The notes under the pieces were generated by a model. That model searched no databases and was not told where the DNA came from. It worked only from the letters and a program-made list of their open reading frames with translations. From assembly GCF_947367085.1 (NCBI RefSeq), contig NZ_CANBCP010000005.1:118-64117 (forward strand): 64,000 bases of DNA. Reading direction: 5' to 3'. Each line of letters begins with the position of its first letter. The first letter of the stretch is position 1. Both the position numbers and the translations under genes were made by a program. This DNA is from an uncultured Lactobacillus sp. (lineage in GTDB: Bacteria; Bacillota; Bacilli; Lactobacillales; Lactobacillaceae). Below, in pieces: positions 53,765 through 64,000 of this stretch.

Positions 53765-54232
53765 ATGAGATACGAAAAAACACAAAAAATTATGAACCAA
53801 ATAGTTGCTGATTTAACCCAAGCTCACATGGTTGTTCACCAACACCACTGGTATATGTTAGGACATCGCTTTATTAAGATTCATTTTTATTTAGATCATG
53901 TTATGGAAGAATTAGCTGATCAACAAGATGAAGTTGCCGAAAGATTGATTGAAATTAATGGTAGTCCAATTTCTACTTATGAAGAAGTTTTGGCTTTAAC
54001 TAAAATTCCTGATCGTAAGGGTAATTGGGAATTATCAATGGATGAAAGATTGGAATTGATCTTACAAGCTTATAAACAGCTTCGTGATGACTATGAAGAA
54101 GGAATCAAAATTACTGCTGAAGAAGGCGATGATTCCACAAATGATATGCTGATTGGTCTGCACACAGCTATCGAAAAGAGAATTTGGATCATTGCTGCTG
54201 AACTTGGTGAGCGGCCAGGTCGTGGTGAATAA
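53765..54232 (+). CDS. dps: Dps/ferritin-like DNA protection protein
   Basis: HQHHWY..G..F...H..LD, DEVAERL, EKRIW; GGAGG RBS. Confidence 0.88.
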   Translation: MRYEKTQKIMNQIVADLTQAHMVVHQHHWYMLGHRFIKIHFYLDHVMEELADQQDEVAERLIEINGSPISTYEEVLALTKIPDRKGNWELSMDERLELILQAYKQLRDDYEEGIKITAEEGDDSTNDMLIGLHTAIEKRIWIIAAELGERPGRGE

Positions 54233-54317
54233 AATTTAAGATTTACAAAGGCGCCTACTATTAGACGCCTTTTGTTATAATTAAGCTAAATAAGAATAGA
54301 TGGGAAAGGTTTTACTT

Positions 54318-55241
54318 ATGAATAAAGTCACGATTGTAGGATCAATTAATGTTGATAGTATTCTTCATATAGCAAAATTACCACAGCCTGGTGAAACAAT
54401 AGCGATGTCAGCTTTTTCAAAAGCAGCCGGCGGTAAAGGTGCTAATCAAGCTGTTGCTTCAAGTCGAGCACAAAATCAGACAATTTTTGTAGGTCGTGTC
54501 GGCGATGACGATAATGGTCGATTTATGCTTGATCAATTTAAAGAAAATAATATTGATAGTCGCTTTGTTTCAGTAAGTCCAAATAACCAAACTGGCCAAG
54601 CGTATATTTTATTGCAAGATTCCGGTCAAAATTCAATTATTATTCAACATGGTGCTAATTTTGATGTGAGCGTTGAGGATGTAGAAAAAGCTCGTGGCGA
54701 AATTGAAAGTAGCGACTTTGTAATTGCTCAATTTGAAATACCGCTTGAAGCAACAATTGCCGCTTTCAAGATCGCCAAAGCAGCTGGTAAAACTACAATA
54801 TTAAATCCAGCCCCTGCCAAAAGTGAGATCCCTAAAGAGCTGTTAGAATTAACAGATTTAATTACTCCTAATGAAACAGAAGCCCAGAGCATAACTGGCA
54901 TTGAAGTAATTGATGAAGCTTCAATGAAAAAAGCTGCTGAGCGCTTGCATGACTTAGGTGTAAAAGGCGTCATTATCACAGTGGGTGAACGCGGATCTTA
55001 TGTGTCTTATAATGATCTGCATCAAATTATTCCAGCTTTCAAAGTAAAAGCTATTGATACGACCGCTGCAGGCGACACTTTCATTGGGGCATTAGCTAGT
55101 GAGCTGAAGCCAGATTTAAGTAATTTAAAACAAAGCATTATCTATGCATCTAAATCGTCATCATTTACCGTACAAAAACTCGGTGCATTCCCATCTATTC
55201 CCAATCGTAAGTTAGTAGAGCAAGCTCTCAAGGAAGATTAA
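54318..55241 (+). CDS. rbsK: Ribokinase
   Basis: GSINVD, GGKGANQAVA, NPAPA, PNETE, DTTAAGDTF. Confidence 0.92.
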   Translation: MNKVTIVGSINVDSILHIAKLPQPGETIAMSAFSKAAGGKGANQAVASSRAQNQTIFVGRVGDDDNGRFMLDQFKENNIDSRFVSVSPNNQTGQAYILLQDSGQNSIIIQHGANFDVSVEDVEKARGEIESSDFVIAQFEIPLEATIAAFKIAKAAGKTTILNPAPAKSEIPKELLELTDLITPNETEAQSITGIEVIDEASMKKAAERLHDLGVKGVIITVGERGSYVSYNDLHQIIPAFKVKAIDTTAAGDTFIGALASELKPDLSNLKQSIIYASKSSSFTVQKLGAFPSIPNRKLVEQALKED

Positions 55242-55243
55242 TT

Positions 55244-55942
55244 ATGGATAAAGAAAAACAAGATCAATTGAAAAAAGAAGCCGCTACTAAAGCTGCTTTA
55301 ATGGTTAAACCCAATTCGGTTTTAGGCGTAGGGACAGGTTCAACAGTAGCATTTTTTATTGACGCTTTAGGTGAGCGTAAAAACAAAGAAAACTTTTCTT
55401 TAAAACACATTGTAACTACTAGCAACCGTAGTAAAAAACAGCTTGAAAGTTTAGGATTCAAGGTTGATGAATTAGCTGACATCGATCAAGTTGACTTAAC
55501 TGTTGATGGTGCTGATCGCGTGGACGATAATTTAGATGGCATCAAAGGCGGTGGTGGTGCTTTAACTTTGGAAAAAAATGTCGCTATTAATTCTAAGAAG
55601 ATCATTTGGATTGTTGATGAGTCAAAACTTGTTCATCACTTGAGAGGCTTTGCGCTTCCAGTTGAAGTTTTACCAATTTCTTGTGAGCAAAATTTCAAGC
55701 GTTTTGAAAAAGAAGGCTTGAAACCTCAATGGCGCCTGACTTCTGAAAATAAACGCTATGTGACTCATTATGGAAACTATATTATTGACTTGGCCATTGA
55801 CCCGATTCCTGTTCCAAACGGCTTAGCAGACTATCTTGATCACACTGTAGGTGTTGTTGAGCATGGTTTGTTTTTGAACATGTGTGACAAGGTGATTGTT
55901 GCTCATAGTGATGGCACTATTGAGCAAAAAGATAGAAAATAA
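55244..55942 (+). CDS. rpiA: Ribose-5-phosphate isomerase A
   Basis: GVGTGST, DGAD, KGGGGA, GVVEHGLF. Confidence 0.94.
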   Translation: MDKEKQDQLKKEAATKAALMVKPNSVLGVGTGSTVAFFIDALGERKNKENFSLKHIVTTSNRSKKQLESLGFKVDELADIDQVDLTVDGADRVDDNLDGIKGGGGALTLEKNVAINSKKIIWIVDESKLVHHLRGFALPVEVLPISCEQNFKRFEKEGLKPQWRLTSENKRYVTHYGNYIIDLAIDPIPVPNGLADYLDHTVGVVEHGLFLNMCDKVIVAHSDGTIEQKDRK

Positions 55943-56039
55943 AAATAATTGCTTTTTTCTTGACTTAGATCAATTATTTTTATTATAAATTAATTTATAA
56001 TAAAAAATGAAAAGTTCGAAAAAGGAAGGATTTATTCTT

Positions 56040-56405
56040 ATGAAGAAATTAGATTCAAACAAACTTACAGATAAACAACAAGAGTTCTTTAAGACTCACT
56101 TAGCATACTTATCAACAGTAGATGCTAATGGCGAACCCCAAGTTGGTCCTAAGCAATCAATGAAGGTCTTAGATGAAGGACACTTGCAATACCTTGAAAA
56201 GACTCAAGCACATGCTTATGAAAATTTGAAAAATGGATCAAAAGCTGCTGTAGTTGTAGCTGATGTTCCTAGTCACACTAATGTGAGAATTAAGGGAACT
56301 GCACATATTCATGAAGATGATGACTATGCTAAGGAAGTTTTAGCAGGTACAGATTCTCCAAATGCTTATGTTGTTGTAATCGACATCGAAGAAATCTTTG
56401 AATAA
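56040..56405 (+). CDS. Pyridoxamine 5'-phosphate oxidase-like FMN-binding protein
   Basis: LSTVDANGEPQVGP, ENLKNG split-barrel pattern. Confidence 0.75.
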   Translation: MKKLDSNKLTDKQQEFFKTHLAYLSTVDANGEPQVGPKQSMKVLDEGHLQYLEKTQAHAYENLKNGSKAAVVVADVPSHTNVRIKGTAHIHEDDDYAKEVLAGTDSPNAYVVVIDIEEIFE

Positions 56406-56542
56406 TTTATTTTATTGAATTAGGGTCTAAAGCTTCTGGCTTTAGACCTTTTTGTTAGCATTTTTCTGAAAGATAAATGCTAATTAGGTCGGCTTCTGGT
56501 ATGATGAAATTAAGCAATAAAATTGGAAAGAAGAAAACATCA

Positions 56543-57466
56543 ATGACAAAAATACCATTAATTATTAGTACCGATCCCGGAATTGATGATATTGCAGCAA
56601 TGACAATTAGTCTTTTTGCAGATGATTTAGATGTCAAAATGATTGTTCCTACTTGGGGCAATGTTGGTTTGAAATATACGTTGCAAAACACTCTTAACTT
56701 AGAAAAATTTTTGAATACTAAAGTCCCAGTGGTTGTTGGTGCTAATCAGCCTCTTGTGCGACCAGCAATTAGTGCTGCAAGCGTTCATGGAAAAACTGGT
56801 ATTGCCGGGTATGAGTTTGAAAAAGCAGATGATAGCTTAATTGTACCAGGCCTTGCTGCTACGAAAATGCACGAAGTAATTCAAGAAAATCCTGATAAAG
56901 TTACTTTGATGGGGATTGGTCCGTTAACTGATTTTGCTCTTTTATTTAAGCAGTATCCTGAAGACTTAGAAAAAATTGAACAAGTAGTGATCATGGGCGC
57001 AAATATTGGTCATGGTAATCACAGTCCTTTTGCTGAATATAATATTGCAGGTGATCCTGAAGCTGCCAGTGTAGTCTTTAACAGTGGTTTACCTATCAAA
57101 GTTGCTCCACTTGAAATTGGCAATAAAGCACATGTTACGGCCGAACAAATGGCAAAAATTAAAACACAAGGCCAAGTGGGACAGATGCTTTATGCATTGT
57201 TTTCACATATCAAAGAACCGGACGGTGATCCGCGAATTAAGATCTATGATCCAACTGCGGTCGGAATTTTACTGGCACCTGAGATGTATACTTTTAAAAA
57301 AGCGAGAGTTGATATTGAATTAGCTGGTAAATTCACTGCGGGAGCAAGCAGCATGGACTTTTTGAGTGAAAATCCTAATGCAGAAATTGCAGTTGATGTT
57401 GATACACATAAATTTGCTGATTGGTTTGTCGAAAGTGTCAAAAAAGCTAATCAAGGGAGAAAGTAA
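56543..57466 (+). CDS. Nucleoside hydrolase (RihC-like; first Asp of DxDxGxDD replaced, STDPGIDD)
   Basis: DPGIDD, GNV, VHGKTG, IGPLTD, AEYNI..DPEAA, YDP. Confidence 0.85.
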   Translation: MTKIPLIISTDPGIDDIAAMTISLFADDLDVKMIVPTWGNVGLKYTLQNTLNLEKFLNTKVPVVVGANQPLVRPAISAASVHGKTGIAGYEFEKADDSLIVPGLAATKMHEVIQENPDKVTLMGIGPLTDFALLFKQYPEDLEKIEQVVIMGANIGHGNHSPFAEYNIAGDPEAASVVFNSGLPIKVAPLEIGNKAHVTAEQMAKIKTQGQVGQMLYALFSHIKEPDGDPRIKIYDPTAVGILLAPEMYTFKKARVDIELAGKFTAGASSMDFLSENPNAEIAVDVDTHKFADWFVESVKKANQGRK

Positions 57467-58194
57467 TGACTGATTTAGTTTATCGGGCTGTGATGCGCGA
57501 TATTAAACAAAAAATTCTTAACCATGAATATGAGGGTATGCGCCTGCCAGATGAGCGCAGTTTAAGTGAGCATTATCAAGTTAGCCGCTCATCGATGAAG
57601 CGTGCACTTGGTTTGCTTGCTCAACAAGGTATTGTTTTTAAAAAGCGTGGAAGTGGGACTTTTATCAATCCACTTTATCTTAAAAATCAGGCTCTTTTTA
57701 AATATGATGGTTCAAATTTGGGTATCACAGACTCTTTTAGCGTTCCTGGTAAGACTCAAAGTATTGAATTACTAGATTATCAAGTTATTAAGCCTGATGA
57801 AGATTTGAGACAAGATTTATTTTTGAAAGATTCAGATTTTGTCTATCAAATTAAGCGTTTGCGATTACTTGATGATCAACCATTTATGATTGAGACAGGT
57901 TTTATCCCGATAAAAATCACGCCAGAACTTGATGAAGATATTTTGAAAAGTTCGCTGTTTAATTATTTGGAAGACACGCAAGGTAAAACGGTAACTAAGT
58001 CGTTTTTAACAATTACTGTTGAACCTTCAACTTTAGATGATCAAACGAAATTGATGCTTGCTCCAAATGAGCCTGTTGGTGTGATGGAAGGTATTTTCTT
58101 TTTAGATGATGGGACGCCTTTTGAAGTTTCAAATATGCGCATTCATTACAAATATATGAAGTACAATACCTTTGTAAACTTAAATGAAGAATAA
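57466..58194 (+). CDS. GntR/UTRA-family transcriptional regulator
   Basis: LPDERSL...VSRSSMKRAL, RGSGTF, UTRA domain. Confidence 0.9.
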   Translation: MTDLVYRAVMRDIKQKILNHEYEGMRLPDERSLSEHYQVSRSSMKRALGLLAQQGIVFKKRGSGTFINPLYLKNQALFKYDGSNLGITDSFSVPGKTQSIELLDYQVIKPDEDLRQDLFLKDSDFVYQIKRLRLLDDQPFMIETGFIPIKITPELDEDILKSSLFNYLEDTQGKTVTKSFLTITVEPSTLDDQTKLMLAPNEPVGVMEGIFFLDDGTPFEVSNMRIHYKYMKYNTFVNLNEE

Positions 58195-58270
58195 ACGATA
58201 ATAATTAAAAAAGAGAGCTGATTATATTGGTCAGTTCTCTTTTTAAGTGTATTTAGTCAAGATAAGAATC

Positions 58271-58642
58271 TTATCTAAATTGTGAAAGATCTTCAATTGC
58301 ACTTAAATATAAGTAATTTAGATTAGTTCTTTTAGTAGCTTCACGTAAATCAATCAAAAGCTCATTTTGATCAGGACTTAAATAAAGTCCTCTTAAAGCA
58401 TGACGAGCTTCAATCAGCATCACTAGTTTATTAGTATAAGCATAGGGATGATCATTTTGATTGATTTTATCTAAGACACATGCAATTGCATCTTGCAATT
58501 TGCTGTATTCGTGACCAGGACGCCCTTCAAATGAATGATAAAGGCGAACTAATTGTGTGAATAAATATGCATTTTGACGAGCTTGCAGTTCTTGAGAAGA
58601 AAGTTTGCTGTTTAATTGCTTAGCTGATGAAGAAATAATCAT
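58271..58642 (-). CDS. Bacteriocin immunity-like protein (enterocin A immunity family), orphan
   Basis: Small helical protein with pattern ..KI.....P......KLV..I......L.LS.DQ.ELL..L. Confidence 0.55.
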   Translation of the reverse strand: MIISSSAKQLNSKLSSQELQARQNAYLFTQLVRLYHSFEGRPGHEYSKLQDAIACVLDKINQNDHPYAYTNKLVMLIEARHALRGLYLSPDQNELLIDLREATKRTNLNYLYLSAIEDLSQFR

Positions 58643-58644
58643 TT

Positions 58645-59409
58645 TTATACCTCCAAAACATGAATTACCTGTGTATGTGGATCAAGCCATTGACGATATT
58701 CTTGGGGAAGAACAGTATCTGTAATTAAAACGTCAATGTTTTTAAGGCTCGTAGTTTTATATGGGGAAGAATTACGAGTTGTAAATTTATATTTTTCTGC
58801 AAAAAGAATGGTTTTGTCTGCGCGAGAGATTGCTCTTCCAGTAGTGGCGGCATCTCTTTGATCTGCAACGTAAATACCATCAGAATTGATTTTTGAAGCA
58901 CCGACAAAGGCAACTTCAAAGCGAACCTTGTCAAGCTCTTCTAAGGCTTGTGGGGAATAAATAAAGCGATTAGTTTTATTAACTTGGCCCGCCAAAATAC
59001 TGACAGTGGGGAAATTACTTTGCATTAAAGCTAGGGCATTATCCAGCGAGTTAGTTAGAACCGAAGCATCAATACCGTTGATTAAATTACACATTTGAGC
59101 AATAGTAGTTGAAACTCCTAGAAAATAAAACTTACCGGCTGAAAAATACTTTTTAGCAGCTTGAGCCATCTTGTTTTTTACAGGAGACTGGATATGACTG
59201 CGAGTAATGTATGCTGGTACTTGGTTGGCACTAACTGCCATTATGCCGCCATGAACTCTTACTGCTTGTCCAGTTGAAGTCAGACGTAAAACATCTCTTC
59301 TTGCTGTGTCAAAGGAAATATTAAAGTGAGCTGCGATTTCTTTGGTTTGCAGTTCATTTTTCTTAGCTAAGATTTTTTTGATTTCAATTAAACGTTGTGA
59401 TTGATTCAT
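58645..59409 (-). CDS. DeoR/GlpR-family transcriptional regulator
   Basis: SFDTARRD...L, RVHGG, STT, VLTNS, DVLITD; GAGGGG RBS before ATG 59409. Confidence 0.88.
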   Translation of the reverse strand: MNQSQRLIEIKKILAKKNELQTKEIAAHFNISFDTARRDVLRLTSTGQAVRVHGGIMAVSANQVPAYITRSHIQSPVKNKMAQAAKKYFSAGKFYFLGVSTTIAQMCNLINGIDASVLTNSLDNALALMQSNFPTVSILAGQVNKTNRFIYSPQALEELDKVRFEVAFVGASKINSDGIYVADQRDAATTGRAISRADKTILFAEKYKFTTRNSSPYKTTSLKNIDVLITDTVLPQEYRQWLDPHTQVIHVLEV

Positions 59410-59692
59410 TATTTTCCCCTCATCCATAGACTAACATGTTTATAAATAAAAATAAGCATTTGTGCATGAAATAATATTTATTAATCCGTATTCATCAGTA
59501 TACGCTCATTTAAACGCTTAGTCATTATTTATAAAAGCTGATATCATCGCATTGCAGGCCATAAGTATTTCAAATAAAATGAATAATTCGAAATTGGGAC
59601 GCACCAATATATAAAATGGTTGAATTTTTAATGAAAGTGCTTTATTATAGAATTGAAAAAAGAAATTGAAACTTTGTTTTAAGGAGAAAATT

Positions 59693-62098
59693 ATGGCAGT
59701 TAATTACGATTCTCAAGATTATTTGAAGAGTGTTGATGCTTATTGGCGTGCAGCCAACTACTTATCTGTTGGTCAATTGTTTTTGATGAACAATCCTTTA
59801 TTAAAGCGTGATCTTCAAGCTCAGGATGTAAAGCCTAAGCCAATTGGTCACTGGGGTACAATTGTTCCACAAAACTTCATCTATGCGCATTTAAACCGTG
59901 TAATTAAGAAGTATGACTTAAACATGTTTTACATCGAAGGCTCAGGTCATGGCGGTCAAGTGATGGTTTCTAATTCATATCTTGATGGTTCATACACTGA
60001 AAGATATCCAGAGATTACACAAGATGAAAAGGGAATGGCTAAATTATTTAAGAGATTTAGTTTCCCAGGTGGTGTTGCTTCTCATGCTGCTCCAGAAACT
60101 CCGGGTTCAATTCATGAAGGTGGAGAATTAGGTTACTCATTATCACACGGAGTGGGGGCTATTTTAGATAATCCTGATGTTATCGCAGCTGTTGAAATTG
60201 GCGATGGTGAATCAGAAACTGGTCCTCTTGCTACTTCTTGGTTTTCAAGTAAATTTATTAACCCAATTAAAGATGGTGCGGTAATTCCAATCTTACAAAT
60301 TAATGGTTTTAAGATTTCTAACCCAACTATCGTTTCTCGAATGAGCGACGAAGACTTAACTAAGTACTTTGAAGGAATGGGCTGGAAGCCATACTTTGTA
60401 TCTGCTTATAAAGATGGTGAATTTAATGGCTATAAAGATCATATGCAAGTTCACCAAGAAATGGCTAAGACCATGGATGAAGTTGTCGAAGATATCAAAG
60501 CCATTCAAAAACATGCTCGTGAAAATAACGATGATTCCTTAGCTAAATGGCCAATGATCGTCTTTAGAGTTCCTAAGGGCTGGACTGGTCCAAAATTTGA
60601 TTTAGATGGCAATCCAATTGAAAATAGTTTCCGTGCACACCAAATTCCAATCCCAGTATCTCAAGATGATATGACTCATAAAGAAATGCTTACTGATTGG
60701 ATGGAAAGTTATAAGCCAGACGAATTATTTAACGAAGATGGTTCACCAAAAGAAATTGTTAAAGAAAATACTTTAACTGGTGATAAACGTATGGCTATGA
60801 ATCCAGTTACTAATGGTGGTATTAATCCTAAAGTTTTGAACATGCCAGATTACCGCGAATTTGCAGTTGAATTTGATAAGCCAGGTTCTGTTGAAAAACA
60901 AGATATGGCTGAGTGGGCAAAATATTTAGATAAGATGGCAGAACTAAATCCTGATAACTTCCGTGGATTTGGCCCTGATGAATCCAAATCTAACCGTTTA
61001 TTCAAGTTGCTTGATGGTCAAAAACGTCAATGGATGGAAAGTATTCACACACCAAATGATGAAAACTTAGCACACGAAGGCCGCTTGATTGACTCTCAAT
61101 TATCAGAACACCAAGATGAAGGCTGGCTGGAAGGCTACGTTTTAACTGGTAGACATGGATTTTTTGCAACTTATGAAGCATTTGGCCGTGTAGTTGATTC
61201 AATGCTTACTCAACACATGAAATGGCTACGTAAAGCTAAAGAACAAACCTGGAGACATGATTATCCTGCTTTGAACTTAGTTGATACTTCCACTGTTTTC
61301 CAGCAAGATCACAATGGTTACACTCACCAAGACCCAGGAATGCTAACTCACTTATATGAAAAAGGTCGCGCTGACTTAATTCATGAATATTTACCAGCAG
61401 ATACTAACTCACTTTTAGCTGTATCTGACAAGGCATTTAGAGATCGTGAATGCATTAATGTCTTAGTAACTTCTAAGCAGCCACGTCCACAATGGTTCTC
61501 AATTGAAGAAGCTAAAAAGTTAGTAGATAAGGGCTTAGGTTATATTGATTGGGCTTCAACTGACAAGGGTGCAAAACCTGATGTAGTATTTGCTTCGACT
61601 GGAACTGAGCCAACTATTGAAACTTTAGCTGCCATTGACTTGCTTCACAAGAAGTTCCCAGACCTCAAGATTCGCTACATCAATGTTATCGATGTAATGA
61701 AGTTAATGACTCCTGAAAAGAACAAAGAAGCTATCAGTAACGAAGAATTTGATAGATTATTCCCGAAAGATACTCCAGTCATCTTTGCATGGCACGGCTT
61801 TAAGCCAATGATGGAATCAATTTGGTTTGATAGAGGTCGCGGCAAGAATGATGTTCATATTCACGGCTATGAAGAAAATGGTGATATTACTACTCCATTT
61901 GATATGCGTGTTTTGAACCACATGGATCGCTATGACTTGGCTAAAGATGTAGTTGAAAGCATCCCTGAATTAAGTGAAAAGAATGCTGATTTCATAGATG
62001 AAATGGATAGCTTACTTGCAAAACACCACCAATACATTCGCGATAATGGTAAAGATATGCCGGAAGTTACTGAATGGCAATGGCAAGGCTTAAAGTAG
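59693..62098 (+). CDS. xfp: Xylulose-5-phosphate/fructose-6-phosphate phosphoketolase
   Basis: [46 protein letters not shown]. Confidence 0.96.
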   Translation: MAVNYDSQDYLKSVDAYWRAANYLSVGQLFLMNNPLLKRDLQAQDVKPKPIGHWGTIVPQNFIYAHLNRVIKKYDLNMFYIEGSGHGGQVMVSNSYLDGSYTERYPEITQDEKGMAKLFKRFSFPGGVASHAAPETPGSIHEGGELGYSLSHGVGAILDNPDVIAAVEIGDGESETGPLATSWFSSKFINPIKDGAVIPILQINGFKISNPTIVSRMSDEDLTKYFEGMGWKPYFVSAYKDGEFNGYKDHMQVHQEMAKTMDEVVEDIKAIQKHARENNDDSLAKWPMIVFRVPKGWTGPKFDLDGNPIENSFRAHQIPIPVSQDDMTHKEMLTDWMESYKPDELFNEDGSPKEIVKENTLTGDKRMAMNPVTNGGINPKVLNMPDYREFAVEFDKPGSVEKQDMAEWAKYLDKMAELNPDNFRGFGPDESKSNRLFKLLDGQKRQWMESIHTPNDENLAHEGRLIDSQLSEHQDEGWLEGYVLTGRHGFFATYEAFGRVVDSMLTQHMKWLRKAKEQTWRHDYPALNLVDTSTVFQQDHNGYTHQDPGMLTHLYEKGRADLIHEYLPADTNSLLAVSDKAFRDRECINVLVTSKQPRPQWFSIEEAKKLVDKGLGYIDWASTDKGAKPDVVFASTGTEPTIETLAAIDLLHKKFPDLKIRYINVIDVMKLMTPEKNKEAISNEEFDRLFPKDTPVIFAWHGFKPMMESIWFDRGRGKNDVHIHGYEENGDITTPFDMRVLNHMDRYDLAKDVVESIPELSEKNADFIDEMDSLLAKHHQYIRDNGKDMPEVTEWQWQGLK

Positions 62099-62273
62099 TT
62101 GAAAATATATAATTGATGTCTTAAAAAAGTGTTGAATCATTTCAACGCTTTTTTTGTCTATCGGATATGTTATTTAAATAGAAAAGCTTGCAAAAGCATG
62201 GTAAAATTACTTACTATTAATTATGAGATAAAGCTCGGTTTGAGAAAATATAATTAATTTAAAGAGGTAAATC

Positions 62274-62927
62274 ATGGAGTTTAAAGAAGTACTTCAAAAA
62301 GAAAGAGCAACTAGAAAATTTACAGATCAAAGAGTTAGTGAAAAAGTAATTCGTGAGATTTTAACTGATGCCCAACGTTCACCATCGCTTTTAAATTCTC
62401 AGCCTTGGCGCATATATGTGGCAATGGGCAAAACTGTTAAGAAGATTCGTGCTGATTTTAAAGAATTGATTGAAAAAGGTGAACAGCCTCGTGAAGATTT
62501 TGCGGCATTAATGAAGGTGGAATGGGATACTTTTCCAAGTCAGAACATGTCAACAATGAGTGATACTTTGAATTATTTCTTACGTGGTGAGATGACTCAG
62601 TTTGATGAAGCTCAAGTTAATTTGTTCAATGCACCGATTTTGATCTTTTTAACAATTCCCAAGAAATCTCCAGCTTGGTCAGTTTACGATTTGGGAACTT
62701 TTTCTCAAACTTTAATGTTATCAGCCGTTGATCATGGACTTTCGACGATGCCAGCGCATGCAATTGTTAAATTCCCCGATGTCATCAGAAAATACATGGA
62801 TATTCCTGAAGATGAAGCAATAGGAATGGGGATTGGTTTAGGCTATCTAGATAAACGTGCGTCAATTAATGGGTATCGCTCTAAGCGAGTTCCACTAGAC
62901 AAAATTGTTAAATTTGTCAAAGAATAA
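62274..62927 (+). CDS. Nitroreductase-family flavoprotein
   Basis: ERATRKF, SPSLLNSQPW, FNAP, GIGLGY. Confidence 0.88.
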   Translation: MEFKEVLQKERATRKFTDQRVSEKVIREILTDAQRSPSLLNSQPWRIYVAMGKTVKKIRADFKELIEKGEQPREDFAALMKVEWDTFPSQNMSTMSDTLNYFLRGEMTQFDEAQVNLFNAPILIFLTIPKKSPAWSVYDLGTFSQTLMLSAVDHGLSTMPAHAIVKFPDVIRKYMDIPEDEAIGMGIGLGYLDKRASINGYRSKRVPLDKIVKFVKE

Positions 62928-63037
62928 AAAAACTGCACGTTGAGTGCGGTTTTTTTGTTTTTTTCAGTTAGCAGTCTTAAACTTAAAATGAATAGTATTA
63001 TTTTATTTCATATAGTAAGTATGTAGGGGGCTTATTA

Positions 63038-64000
63038 ATGAGCCAAGATAAGCAAAAGTCAGCTTCATCAAAAATTGATTTAGAAAAAGCTGATATTAAA
63101 GATGTCATTAGTTATTTAGATGTTAATCCTGACCAAGGTTTAGATTCTCAGCAAGTTCAAGAGCGTTTGAAAAAATACGGTCCGAATGCAATTGTTGCTA
63201 AAACTGAACCAGCTTGGAAGAAGTTTTTGAAGCATTTTACAGGTCCAATCGCTTATATGATCGAAGCTGCTGCAATTGTTTCAGCAATTATTGGTCACTG
63301 GGATGATTTTTGGATTATTTTAGCTTTGCTTTTAGTGAATGCTGGAATTGAAATGTGGCAAGATGCAAAAGCATCCAACGCATTAGCCGCTTTAAAAAAA
63401 GGTTTAGCTCCTAAGGCGACTGTTTTACGTAATGGAAAATGGGAAACAATTGCCGCTAAGGATTTGGTTCCCGGCGATATTGTAAAAATCAGACTGGGAA
63501 TGATTGTACCAGCTGATTTAAGATTGATCGGCGGCCAATATGCTTCTATTGATCAAGCTGCTTTAACCGGTGAATCTCTTCCAGTCCATAAAAAAATCGG
63601 CGATGAAGCATATTCCGGTAGTATCGTTAAAGAAGGAGAAATGACCGCTGTTGTTATAGCAACTGACGGTAATACTTTCTTCGGTAAGACTGCTAAACTA
63701 GTTGCAAGTGCAGGTGTTAAGTCCGATGCCCAAAAGGCTATGTTTAAAATTGGTAACTTTTTAATCGTAGTTGCCGTGATTTTAGCGGTGATTATGGTGG
63801 CCTTCAGAGTTTATCGCAGTATTGCAATTGCCCATGATTGGGGAATAGATGAAGCATTAAATATTCTCCAATTCGTTTTAGTTTTGCTAGTTGCATCTAT
63901 TCCTGTGGCAATGCCGACTGTTTTTTCAATCACTCTAGCATTAGGAGCACTTCAGTTATCAAAGAAAAAGGCGATTGTATCGCGGCTTTCTTCAATTGAA
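63038..64000 (+). CDS. P-type ATPase, type IIIA (plasma-membrane H+-ATPase-like), runs off window end; absent from ORF track
   Basis: Own translation from ATG 63038: GL...VQERLKKYGPN, FTGPIAYMIEAAAI, DLVPGDIV, VPAD, IDQAALTGESLPV, NTFFGKTAKLV, LVASIPVAMPTV, KKAIVSRLSSIE. Confidence 0.85.
   Translation, partial: MSQDKQKSASSKIDLEKADIKDVISYLDVNPDQGLDSQQVQERLKKYGPNAIVAKTEPAWKKFLKHFTGPIAYMIEAAAIVSAIIGHWDDFWIILALLLVNAGIEMWQDAKASNALAALKKGLAPKATVLRNGKWETIAAKDLVPGDIVKIRLGMIVPADLRLIGGQYASIDQAALTGESLPVHKKIGDEAYSGSIVKEGEMTAVVIATDGNTFFGKTAKLVASAGVKSDAQKAMFKIGNFLIVVAVILAVIMVAFRVYRSIAIAHDWGIDEALNILQFVLVLLVASIPVAMPTVFSITLALGALQLSKKKAIVSRLSSIE

Noticed and set aside
59430-59690. Possible riboswitch or sRNA in the deoR-xfp intergenic region
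   Set aside because: Only a 4-bp hairpin (ttgg..ccaa) and no recognisable aptamer or terminator; adequately explained by divergent promoters

Overview
AT-rich chromosomal window from a Lactobacillus (acidophilus-group-like gene content and style; species not determinable from sequence). Mostly housekeeping and carbohydrate genes: two polar amino-acid ABC systems, trehalose treC-treR-PTS, phenolic acid decarboxylase padA-padR, udk, rarA, pstSCAB1B2-phoU, dps, rbsK-rpiA, nucleoside hydrolase, phosphoketolase, and a 3'-truncated type IIIA-like P-type ATPase missed by the ORF track. Two accessory areas stand out. (1) A roughly 20 kb catabolic island (23887-44499) combining a split transketolase, FGGY kinase and FucI-like isomerase with two DUF4038/GH140-like hydrolases, a GH78 rhamnosidase, an esterase, ChbG, a double-EIIB beta-glucoside PTS, an MFS and a GH1. 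It is best explained as an apiose/plant-glycoside utilisation system, and its promoters share an unusual ACTAAACTAA repeat motif. (2) A small defence patch (13650-14980): a HEPN Abi_2/AbiF-like gene behind a terminator-capped non-coding leader of about 105 nt (candidate RNA antitoxin or attenuator), followed by an unannotated frameshifted AbiH remnant. An internally deleted Rpn gene keeps an intact internal start for an RpnS-like C-terminal product. No tRNA, rRNA, CRISPR array or intact IS was seen. All family assignments come from motif recognition by eye, not from database searches.
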